Shown here piece by piece: positions 8,868 to 16,659 of a DNA stretch of 27,056 nt (positions are counted from its first letter, which is position 1; the number at the start of each line of letters is the position of its first letter). The translations under genes were made by a program, and so were the position numbers. The stretch lies in assembly GCA_031381715.1 (NCBI GenBank), contig JANMYC010001513.1:1-27056 (forward strand). Direction: 5' to 3'. Below the pieces are notes generated by a model that saw nothing but the letters and a program-made list of their open reading frames with translations, was not told where the DNA came from and made no database searches. Source of the DNA: Saprospiraceae bacterium (GTDB lineage Bacteria > Bacteroidota > Bacteroidia > Chitinophagales > Saprospiraceae).

Positions 8868-9719
8868 ATGACGAATACTATTAAAAAATGCCTAAAATCA
8901 TTCTTTTTATTAGGCTTACTTTATTGTCTTTATCCTACCGTTTCAACAGCTCAAATTGCTAAAGATTCTACTGTTTTTAAAACTGGATATATCACAGTTA
9001 ATGGTGCGAAACTTTTTTACAAAGAGGCTGGACAAGGTAAACCCATGCTTTTTTTACATGGCTCACTGGCAACTTGTGATAGGCACTTTCCGAAACAATT
9101 AGGTGAGTTTTCTAAGAAAAACCGTGTTATAGCTTTGCATTTACGGGCACATGGTAATTCATCATTTTCTGAAATACCTTTTACAATAGAATCATTTACG
9201 GACGATGTTTACAAGTTTTTAGAGGAATTAAAAGTGGATAGTGCTATTGTAGTAGGATTCAGTTTAGGAGGCTGTATTGCTTTGGATTTAGCAGCTAAAC
9301 ACCCCGAAAAAGTAAGCAAATTGGTGACTATTGGCGCATTTTCTAATAATGAAGCTCTTAGAGATGAAGCGTTGAAGGACATAAGTAGCTGGGGTGATGA
9401 TATGGTTAAATTTATCAAATCTAATTTTGGTTCTAACTATGAGGCTGATAAAATTCCAGTTTATCTTCAAAATTTGAAAGACGCATTTTTAAAAGATAAA
9501 GAACCTAAAATAACAGAAGAAAGCCTTAAAAGTATAAAATGTCCCACTTTATTAGTTTTTGGTGATTCAGATTTTTTTTCAAAATTGGAACACCAATTCT
9601 ATTTGGCTAAAATTATAGGATCAAGCAATTTATGTATTCTGCCAAGCACGCCCCACATGGTTCAAAATGCCCGTTCCGATATTTTTAATAAGCTACTATG
9701 GGAGTTCATTGCTAAATAA
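8868..9719 (+). CDS. Exported alpha/beta-fold hydrolase
   Basis: Signal peptide, oxyanion motif FLHG, nucleophile elbow GFSLGG, PTLLVFGDSD (acid residue) and PSTPH (catalytic His). Confidence 0.9.
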   Translation: MTNTIKKCLKSFFLLGLLYCLYPTVSTAQIAKDSTVFKTGYITVNGAKLFYKEAGQGKPMLFLHGSLATCDRHFPKQLGEFSKKNRVIALHLRAHGNSSFSEIPFTIESFTDDVYKFLEELKVDSAIVVGFSLGGCIALDLAAKHPEKVSKLVTIGAFSNNEALRDEALKDISSWGDDMVKFIKSNFGSNYEADKIPVYLQNLKDAFLKDKEPKITEESLKSIKCPTLLVFGDSDFFSKLEHQFYLAKIIGSSNLCILPSTPHMVQNARSDIFNKLLWEFIAK

Positions 9720-9766
9720 TACTGAGGTGTACACCCATTTCATTCATCATAAAAACCACACTTTAA

Positions 9767-10270
9767 ATGAAAAATTCTTACAATTTCAGCAAGATTTCAA
9801 TGTATTTAATGCTGTTTTCAATGTTTGCAACCATAGCTTGTAAACAGCCCGAAACGAATATCATCACAGAACCCTTCACGCAAGAGCAAGCTAAAATTAC
9901 TCAAGAAATAAATGAAATTTTTCAAGCGGGTAAAGCTAAAGATTTTGAAAAACTAGAAGGATTTCACCTTAATTCTCCCAAATTCACGAAGTATGATAAT
10001 GATTCACCGCTTCGCCAAAACTATGCTCAAAATACTGAATATGAAAAAGCGGTATTTTCTTCAGTTGACAATTTTAACTTTAAAATAAATGAGTTAAAAG
10101 TGGATGTATTTGGTAAGGTAGCAGTAGCCACATTCGTCATGCCTTATGATGCTCAGATACAAGGCGCTAAGTTAATCGATACTGCCAGAGCTACGTTTGT
10201 GTTAATAGATGATGCGGGTAAATGGAAAATCACCCACGAGCATTTTTCAAGTTTTAAAACACCTAAATAA
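9767..10270 (+). CDS. Lipoprotein with NTF2/SnoaL-like (DUF4440-type) domain
   Basis: Lipobox TIA-C at residue 25. NTF2-like pattern: helix, then LKVDVFGKVAVATF..RATFVL....GKWKITHEHFS. Confidence 0.75.
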   Translation: MKNSYNFSKISMYLMLFSMFATIACKQPETNIITEPFTQEQAKITQEINEIFQAGKAKDFEKLEGFHLNSPKFTKYDNDSPLRQNYAQNTEYEKAVFSSVDNFNFKINELKVDVFGKVAVATFVMPYDAQIQGAKLIDTARATFVLIDDAGKWKITHEHFSSFKTPK

Positions 10271-10278
10271 GGGTGAAA

Positions 10279-10288
10279 TACTGAGGGG
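10279..10288 (-). repeat. CCCCTCAGTA motif, copy 7 (intergenic, 8 nt after the NTF2-like gene stop)
   Basis: Exact match. Confidence 0.95.
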
Positions 10289-10527
10289 TGTCGCTTCATA
10301 ATACACGCAGACCAATTTTACTTTTAACCCAAAATAAAAATTAAAACAATCTACAGGAGATAACTTAAAATATAGCAATCACCCATTCTTTTAAAAGCCG
10401 ATTTTACAGGTAAGTATTTGCAATTATTTGATAGTCAATGTTTTAGGAGCATTTTACTATCAGCCACTTCTTTGTCTTTTTTCAATTTTTTAATCAATAT
10501 TTTTAACATTCAAAAACAATTTCATTC

Positions 10528-11682
10528 ATGAGAAACGTTACCATTTATTTATGCCTCATTCTGGTGCTTTTTTTACAAAGTTGCCAAAAAGACCTTGTTA
10601 ACCAAGCCCCTGTACAACCCCAAAACATTGACGAAAGCCATTATTATACACCCTCAAAAGAGTATTTAGTTGCGCTGGATGCTATGACAAAACCAACTTC
10701 ATTGCAAACAAGAGCGGCTTGCGATTGGGTTGAAGTGCCCGCGGGCTCAACTGATGCACTTGCAAAAGCCGTAAATGATGTCTGTGCGGGTGGTGTGATT
10801 TACTTAAAGTCAGGCGTGCATACTGAGAATAAAGCAATTACGATTTCAAAATCGGTGAATATTGTAGGGGCTGCGGGGGCAATTTTGAAATTTAAATCAA
10901 AATTAGCTTTGGTTGATGCCGGCGGTAATATGATTTTAGCACCGAGTTTACATTTTTTAAATGCTCCTCGTTCAGCTGTTTTGGATGTTGATATTCAGCC
11001 CTTGGACTCTGATGGCTCTACTGCCATTCTTTTAGAGAACTCCAACGAATCAACTGTTTTACGTTGTAAAATCACTAAATTTCAATCAGCAGTAATGGTT
11101 GAAAAGTCAGATAGAGTAGCTATAATGAAAAATACGGTAGTCTGCTCAGGTGCGTGGCAAACAGGCCTTGCTCCAAGTGCTGAGAGCATAGTTATTATCA
11201 ATGGTAAAAGCGCTTATATCAGCGATAATGATGTGAGTAATGCCATATTTCCTATCTGGCCTTGCGATAAGTGGGGTACTTGTGAAAGAAATTATACACA
11301 CAATAGTTACCTTGGTATTATATTGTGTAATGTACCAGCAGGTGGCTATATTTTACCAAGTGGGAGAGGTGCTGGGTCGGAAACCCCAACAACAGGTTGT
11401 AAAATGAGGAATAATAACTCGACTGATAATTTGACGTCGGGATACCTCGTAATTGATGGGGCTAATAATAATATCATAGAGAATAATAATGCCGCTCGCA
11501 ATGCCGCTTATGATATAGAGTTGACAACAGATAGTTATAGATTTGGCTTTTTAACACCTAAATCGTTTAAAAATACTGTAATTGCAGGCTCATATCCCAA
11601 TATCAAAATTAAAGATTGCGGTGAAAATAACAGCATAACGGGTGGCATAAAAGTGAATACAACGACTGACCCTTGTAATTAA
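10528..11682 (+). CDS. Lipoprotein with right-handed parallel beta-helix (pectin-lyase-like/NosD-type) repeats
   Basis: Lipobox LQS-C19. GGVIYLKSGVHTE..ITISKSVNIVG is a typical beta-helix entry, followed by Asn-ladder repeats (ISDNDVSN, MRNNNSTDN, IENNNAARN). Confidence 0.72.
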   Translation: MRNVTIYLCLILVLFLQSCQKDLVNQAPVQPQNIDESHYYTPSKEYLVALDAMTKPTSLQTRAACDWVEVPAGSTDALAKAVNDVCAGGVIYLKSGVHTENKAITISKSVNIVGAAGAILKFKSKLALVDAGGNMILAPSLHFLNAPRSAVLDVDIQPLDSDGSTAILLENSNESTVLRCKITKFQSAVMVEKSDRVAIMKNTVVCSGAWQTGLAPSAESIVIINGKSAYISDNDVSNAIFPIWPCDKWGTCERNYTHNSYLGIILCNVPAGGYILPSGRGAGSETPTTGCKMRNNNSTDNLTSGYLVIDGANNNIIENNNAARNAAYDIELTTDSYRFGFLTPKSFKNTVIAGSYPNIKIKDCGENNSITGGIKVNTTTDPCN

Positions 11683-11712
11683 AAACATAAAAACTTTACG
11701 TACTGTAAAAAT

Positions 11713-11747
11713 TAAACGAGCGGGGTTATAGTAACCTTGCTCGTTTA
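11713..11747 (+). terminator. 16-bp hairpin TAAACGAGCGGGGTTA-TAG-TAACCTTGCTCGTTTA followed by a T-rich tract
   Basis: Fully paired, with two G-U pairs, 30 nt after the beta-helix gene stop. Confidence 0.7.
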
Positions 11748-11751
11748 GTTT

Positions 11752-11759
11752 TACTTTTG
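11752..11759 (+). promoter_or_regulatory. -7 element TACTTTTG upstream of the MerR-like gene
   Basis: Exact TAnnTTTG 17 nt before ATG 11777. Confidence 0.5.
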
Positions 11760-11776
11760 TAAAAATTATTCTTACA

Positions 11777-12088
11777 ATGCTCAATTTTTATTTGCCTACT
11801 AAGTTTACGATGGATGAGGTTGCCACGTCTTTAAATGTTTCAAAATCGCTTTTGAGGTTTTGGGAAGAGGAGTTTGGCTTGAAAAAAAGAGAGAATGGTG
11901 TGTTGGGTAGCCTTGAGGTAGCTGAAATGCGCTTAATTCATTCTCTTGTCAATGATAAAGGCTTAACACTTGAAGATGCTAAAATTGAATTTAACACGCA
12001 ACGCCCTCATATAACACAGCGTTTTAAAACCATCGAAAATCTTGAAAAGATAAAATATGGTCTTTTAAACCTTCGCGAAAAAATATAA
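11777..12088 (+). CDS. Small MerR-family HTH regulator (Bacteroidota type)
   Basis: TMDEVATSLNVSKSLLRFWEEEF and LIHSLVNDKGLTLEDAK match the short Bacteroidota MerR-like pattern. Confidence 0.8.
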   Translation: MLNFYLPTKFTMDEVATSLNVSKSLLRFWEEEFGLKKRENGVLGSLEVAEMRLIHSLVNDKGLTLEDAKIEFNTQRPHITQRFKTIENLEKIKYGLLNLREKI

Positions 12089-12154
12089 TTGGTTATTGGT
12101 TGTTGATTGTTGCGTGTCACCAATAACCAATAATTAATAACCAACAACCAACTA
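12089..12154. repeat. Heptamer-repeat inverted structure and probable bidirectional terminator between merR-like and polyprenyl synthetase genes
   Basis: TTGGTTA TTGGTTG TTGATTG ... CCAATAA CCAATAA TTAATAA CCAACAA CCAACTA. TTGGTTATTGG pairs perfectly with CCAATAACCAA. Confidence 0.75.
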
Positions 12155-13117
12155 AACTTCCCGCATCATCAGCTCGTTTGCCCACGTTTTGAGGTAATTT
12201 TTCTTTTCTATACTGAGGGGGGTATCGTCAATGTTTTTAAAGGCGATATTGAGATAGTCGTCCATGACTTTTTCCGCTAACTCTCTTATTTTCAATTGAT
12301 TATAGATGTTTTTGACATTCGTTATTTTTAAGGCTTCGTCAGTTGTGGGAGTATTCATCAATTGATGAAGAGCGTCGGTTTGTTCAGGATTTCCAAGTTC
12401 GTAGGATTTAAGAACGAGGTATGTTTTTTTATTTTGAACAATGTCACCACCTACTTTTTTACCAAACTTTTCGGGGTCGCCAAAGGTATCCAAAATATCA
12501 TCTTGGATTTGGAAAGCAATGCCCACATTTCTGCCAAATTCGTATAAATGTTGAGCAACTTCTTCCGTTGCACCACCTGCGAGCGCTCCCATCTGAAATG
12601 CTGCTGCGATGAGCACCGAAGTTTTCAATTCTATCATCCGAATATACTCAGAGATTGTCACATCGTTTCGGGTTTCAAAATTCATATCGTATTGCTGACC
12701 TTCACAGACTTCAATTGCCATTTTATTGAAAATGGACAATAGCTTTGGGTGCGGTATTTTATTTAAAAATTCATACGCAAATATGACCATCACATCGCCT
12801 GAGAGGATGCCCGTGTTTATACCGTATTTTGCATGAACAGTCGGTTTTCCTCTCCGTAAAGGCGCCTGATCCATAATATCGTCGTGTAAAAGGGTGAAAT
12901 TATGGAATATTTCAACCGCAGCAGCAATCGGAAGTGCTTTGGAAATGTCTTCATCAAAAAGCTCATAACCCATCAACGCGAGTAAGGGGCGCAGCCTTTT
13001 ACCGCCCAGAGAAAGGATGTAATTAACGGGTTCATACAGCTCCTGAGGCTCTTGATTGAAGGCGTGTTGCGAGAGGTATGATTGAAAAATATTCTGGTAA
13101 TCACTCAGTGAACGCAT
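12152..13117 (-). CDS. Polyprenyl diphosphate synthase (IspA/GGPP synthase-like)
   Basis: GGKRLRP, first Asp-rich motif HNFTLLHDDIMD, RRGKPTVH, CEGQQYDM, KTSVL, and second motif FQIQDDILD. Start at ATG 13117 (GTG 13132 also possible). Confidence 0.93.
   Translation of the reverse strand: MRSLSDYQNIFQSYLSQHAFNQEPQELYEPVNYILSLGGKRLRPLLALMGYELFDEDISKALPIAAAVEIFHNFTLLHDDIMDQAPLRRGKPTVHAKYGINTGILSGDVMVIFAYEFLNKIPHPKLLSIFNKMAIEVCEGQQYDMNFETRNDVTISEYIRMIELKTSVLIAAAFQMGALAGGATEEVAQHLYEFGRNVGIAFQIQDDILDTFGDPEKFGKKVGGDIVQNKKTYLVLKSYELGNPEQTDALHQLMNTPTTDEALKITNVKNIYNQLKIRELAEKVMDDYLNIAFKNIDDTPLSIEKKNYLKTWANELMMREV
12211..12220 (-). repeat. CCCCTCAGTA motif, copy 8 (polyprenyl synthase, sense; GAT ACC CCC CTC AGT ATA = DTPLSI)
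   Basis: Exact match, with a six-C run. Confidence 0.95.
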
Positions 13118-13148
13118 AGGTTTTATTGTCACGTTTTAAGATAATTGG

Positions 13149-13156
13149 CAAATATA
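13149..13156 (-). promoter_or_regulatory. -7 element TATATTTG for the polyprenyl synthase gene
   Basis: CAAATATA on the + strand reads TATATTTG on the - strand, 31 nt upstream of ATG 13117. Confidence 0.55.
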
Positions 13157-13437
13157 GAGTGATTTATATGATTCTAATCTCACTGAAACAGTTTTTAGGC
13201 ATCAAATTTGATATTTTGATATTAAATATCAAAATTATTTTTATTTAAAAAATACTCTAATTAAGAGATGCTTTTTGTTTTAACTTTCAAAATTAGTAAA
13301 ATTGGCATTCCAAAGGGGTAAAATAAACATAAAATCTATATAAATACCGATTAAATATCTTCTCGACGGTCGATATAGAAAATTGTACTCAATTTAATTC
13401 AATCAATCAAATCCAAGCAAAAGCAGAAATAGAACTT

Positions 13438-13884
13438 ATGGAAAAATATAATAGACCTGTTGACATTTTACTTGTTGAGGACAATCCCGGAGATGTTAGG
13501 CTCACACAAGAGGCTTTTCGCGATTCACGTTTGCCAGTGAAGTTGAGCGTGGTAATGGATGGAGAAGATGCTCTTAATTACCTTTTTAGAAGGGGGAATT
13601 ATGCAGACGTAACTAAACCTGATATTATTCTTTTGGATTTGAATATTCCTAAAAAAGATGGTAAAGAGGTTTTAAGTGAAATCAAAAACGATGATGTATT
13701 GAAATACGTTCCGGTTGTGGTCTTGACTACCTCGAATGCCGAGCAAGATATAGTAAAGACTTATAATTTAAATGTAAATGCCTATATCAATAAGCCCGTG
13801 GATTTTGATAAATTCTTTGACATTGTTCAAAAAATTGAAGCCTTTTGGTTGATGACAGCGACATTGCCCTCTAATTCTTATTAA
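13438..13884 (+). CDS. Single-domain response regulator, Rcp1/CphA-like
   Basis: ILLVEDNPGDVRLTQEAF, PDIILLDLNIPKKDGKEVL, VPVVVLTTS, YINKPVDF. Confidence 0.9.
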   Translation: MEKYNRPVDILLVEDNPGDVRLTQEAFRDSRLPVKLSVVMDGEDALNYLFRRGNYADVTKPDIILLDLNIPKKDGKEVLSEIKNDDVLKYVPVVVLTTSNAEQDIVKTYNLNVNAYINKPVDFDKFFDIVQKIEAFWLMTATLPSNSY

Positions 13885-13982
13885 AAGGCAATTTTTTTAT
13901 CTTTAACACACATATTTTGAGAAAACTAATTTATTAGAATAAACGCAAATTCAAAAGTATAAAACATTAGAAGTTCCTGAAC

Positions 13983-15938
13983 ATGAATGTTAGACAATCA
14001 ACAAATATTCTTCTCATTGAGGATAATAAAGGGGATGCTCAGTTAGTAAAAATATATATGAAAGATGCTGCCTTCAAGTATGAGCTATTCGTAGCCGATA
14101 CATTTTTTGAAGGTATGGACATTTTGAATAAACAAGAAGTGGATATTGTACTGCTTGACCTCTCGCTTCCCGATTCTCAAGGTTTCAAAACGCTTAATAA
14201 GTACATGGAAAATGTGCTTAATATTCCCGTGATAGTATTGACGGGCGTGAATAATGAAATAGTGGGTAATCAAGCCGTGAAAGCAGGGGCGCAAGATTTT
14301 CTTGTGAAAGGGCAATTTGATGGTAAATTATTGGGACGAGCTATTCGTTATGCTATTCAAAGACATAAAGAGTTTCAGAAGTTAGAAGATACCAAAAGAG
14401 AATTAACAATCAATGAGCGCAGAATTGTCAAAGCCCAACAGTTAGCGGGTTTTGGTAATTGGGAGATGGATTTGGTTTCCAATGAGATGATATGGACGGA
14501 TGAAATTTATAAAATTTTCGGCTTTCATCCCGGCACTATTACCACGGGAATGTCTGATTACCTTAGTTATGTCCATTATGAAGATAGAGAAGATGTAGAA
14601 CAGTTTTTTGATAACGCAATTAAGGACGGAAAACTTCATAAAATAGAGCATAGAATTGTGGTAGATGGCACGTCTATGAAATGGTTAAACGTCCATGCAC
14701 AAGTCTTTTTTGATGATATTACTCAGAGAATGTTGCTCGTAGGAGGTATTCAAGACATCAACGAACGCAAGACAAATGAGTTGCTTATTATGGAGCAAAA
14801 TATCAATCGCCAGACCTCCATCATCAAGGAAGAGGCGATGCAAGATATGAGTTTCCACATCAGGACACCCCTCAGTAGTATCGTCAATTTGTTGTATTTA
14901 ATTGAAAATACTACGGTTACACCTCCCCAAAAAGAACTTGTTGAAGGCTTGAAAGTATCAGTTGATGATTTATCATTAATGATTAATAACATGTTGAACT
15001 TCTCGATGTTGGTTTCTCAGAATATGAAACCAGAGGCAGATGAGTTCAATGTTAAAGAGTTCTTTCAATCCATTCGTAAAGTTGTCCAGATTAAAGCAGA
15101 TAATGCAAAAATCAGATTGGACTTCAGCCTTCATGAAGAGTTGCCTGAAAAAATCGTGGCAGACTCTAAAAAGATAACCCAAATTATTTATAACCTCGTT
15201 GATCACGCCATTCGTTACACGCCATCGGGAGGAAAAATTGTGATGGAAATGGGTATCCAAAACGCGGATAAACAAGCCCAATTGCATCTCAAAACGACGT
15301 ATAGCGGTCGTGCCCTGTCCATCATTCAGATTAAAGAATTGATGGAGGAAAATAAGATATTAGAAACTTTTAAAAATGATACCACCGAAACCGACAAGCA
15401 ACAATTGGCTTTGGCAATAGTTGGTAAATTGGTAAATATTTTAAAAGGTAATTTTAATATACTCAATAGAAATAATGATACTACATCATTTGAAGTGGAT
15501 ATGCCAGTGAAGGCGGTTAAGCAAATTATACTTGATTCTACTGCACCGTTATCACCTCTAAAAATCCTTTTAGTAGAAGACCATTTCCTCAACCAAATGG
15601 CTACTAAGAAGCTATTAACGAGCTGGTCATCGTTTGTCACTGTGGATATTGCTGAAAACGGTATGGTGGCTGTTGAAAAATTCCGCTCTCACGGTTACGA
15701 CCTCATCCTGATGGATTTACAAATGCCCATAATGAATGGCTTTGATGCCACTACACGCATCCGTGAAAAGTCAAATGTGCCTATCATTGCCCTCACAGCG
15801 ACTGCCACAAAGCAAGAAGCTGATAAATGTTTTGAAATAAAAATGAATGATTATATTTCAAAACCGTTTAAGCCTGATGAATTGTACATCAAAATCATGA
15901 ATGCCTTAGCGATGGTTAATGAGAAAGTAATGGCTTAA
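13983..15938 (+). CDS. Hybrid signalling protein REC-PAS-(degenerate HisKA/HATPase)-REC
   Basis: N-terminal REC (ILLIEDN, LLDLSLP, VLTG, LVKG); PAS_3-like region (GNWEMDL..WTDEIYKIFG..VHYEDRE); kinase-like region with altered motifs; C-terminal REC (LLVEDH, LMDLQMP, ALTA, SKPF). Confidence 0.88.
   Translation: MNVRQSTNILLIEDNKGDAQLVKIYMKDAAFKYELFVADTFFEGMDILNKQEVDIVLLDLSLPDSQGFKTLNKYMENVLNIPVIVLTGVNNEIVGNQAVKAGAQDFLVKGQFDGKLLGRAIRYAIQRHKEFQKLEDTKRELTINERRIVKAQQLAGFGNWEMDLVSNEMIWTDEIYKIFGFHPGTITTGMSDYLSYVHYEDREDVEQFFDNAIKDGKLHKIEHRIVVDGTSMKWLNVHAQVFFDDITQRMLLVGGIQDINERKTNELLIMEQNINRQTSIIKEEAMQDMSFHIRTPLSSIVNLLYLIENTTVTPPQKELVEGLKVSVDDLSLMINNMLNFSMLVSQNMKPEADEFNVKEFFQSIRKVVQIKADNAKIRLDFSLHEELPEKIVADSKKITQIIYNLVDHAIRYTPSGGKIVMEMGIQNADKQAQLHLKTTYSGRALSIIQIKELMEENKILETFKNDTTETDKQQLALAIVGKLVNILKGNFNILNRNNDTTSFEVDMPVKAVKQIILDSTAPLSPLKILLVEDHFLNQMATKKLLTSWSSFVTVDIAENGMVAVEKFRSHGYDLILMDLQMPIMNGFDATTRIREKSNVPIIALTATATKQEADKCFEIKMNDYISKPFKPDELYIKIMNALAMVNEKVMA
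14868..14877 (+). repeat. CCCCTCAGTA motif, copy 9 (H-box region, ACA CCC CTC AGT AGT = TPLSS)
   Basis: Exact match. Confidence 0.95.
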
Positions 15939-15951
15939 ATATTTTACTGAT

Positions 15952-15976
15952 ACAGCTAAATAAAGGCTGTTTTATT
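15952..15976 (+). terminator. Candidate intrinsic terminator after the hybrid protein gene
   Basis: ACAGCT / GGCTGT stem followed by TTTATT, 13 nt after the stop. The stem is short. Confidence 0.4.
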
Positions 15977-16022
15977 AATATTTGGGCAAAGAATAAAGGT
16001 TTTATTTAACGTATCTAATATT

Positions 16023-16058
16023 CTGAACCGATAGCTTACAAGTGAGTTATCGGTTCAG
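16023..16058. terminator. Long hairpin CTGAACCGATAGCTTAC / GTGAGTTATCGGTTCAG insulating the ribosomal cluster
   Basis: About 16 bp paired, with two G-U pairs, between the hybrid gene and the rpsJ promoter. Confidence 0.6.
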
Positions 16059-16122
16059 TTCATTTATATGCTTTTAACACGATTAATTTTTTTTAAAAAA
16101 AGAATAAAATTTTTCAAAAGTG

Positions 16123-16153
16123 TTTGGTAGTTCAAATAAAGCTATTATCTTTG
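16123..16153 (+). promoter_or_regulatory. Consensus Bacteroidota sigma-A promoter of rpsJ / S10 cluster
   Basis: TTTG (16123-16126), a 19-nt spacer, then TATCTTTG (16146-16153). Confidence 0.85.
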
Positions 16154-16209
16154 CACCGCAATTCACAGAAGGTGGATTGGTAAAGATTGAAAATTGATAT
16201 AATAGGGTC

Positions 16210-16518
16210 ATGAATCAGAAAATCAGAATCAAACTCCGTAGTTACGATCATAACTTAGTAGATAAATCTACAGAGAAAATCGTTAAAACAGTCCGCGCCA
16301 CAAACGCGGCAGTAGTTGGTCCGATTCCGCTGCCCACTGAAAAGCAAATCTATACTGTCCTGCGTTCCCCGCATGTCAATAAGAAAGCTCGTGAGCAGTT
16401 CCAACTTAGAACGCATAAGCGTTTAATAGAAATCTATTCCCCAAATGCGAAAACAGTTGACGCTTTGTCAAAACTGGAATTGCCAAGTGGAGTGGATATT
16501 CAGGTAAAGCTGATGTAA
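16210..16518 (+). CDS. rpsJ: 30S ribosomal protein uS10
   Basis: [33 protein letters not shown]. Confidence 0.99.
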   Translation: MNQKIRIKLRSYDHNLVDKSTEKIVKTVRATNAAVVGPIPLPTEKQIYTVLRSPHVNKKAREQFQLRTHKRLIEIYSPNAKTVDALSKLELPSGVDIQVKLM

Positions 16519-16608
16519 TCCCGAAACAATCGGGAACGAGATTATTGACGAATCCTTATTCATCATCTATACTTTAAGATTTTTAGTGGCTATTACTGAA
16601 AAGGTCTT

Positions 16609-16642
16609 TATTCAATAATTATGAATTCATATTTATTGAATA
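16609..16642. repeat. 34-bp near-perfect palindrome in the rpsJ-rplC spacer
   Basis: TATTCAATAA-T-TATGAATTCATA-T-TTATTGAATA, with a single T/T mismatch pair. Confidence 0.85.
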
Positions 16643-16649
16643 TGCGATA

Positions 16650-16659
16650 CCCCTCAGTA
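16650..16659 (+). repeat. CCCCTCAGTA motif, copy 10 (rpsJ-rplC spacer; GATACCCCTCAGTATC)
   Basis: Exact match, flanked by the inverted pentamers GATAC/GTATC. Confidence 0.95.

Noticed and set aside
10429-10462. Imperfect dyad TGATAGT...ACTATCA upstream of the beta-helix gene
   Set aside because: The arms are short and AT-rich with an interrupted stem, and there is no second copy to support an operator.
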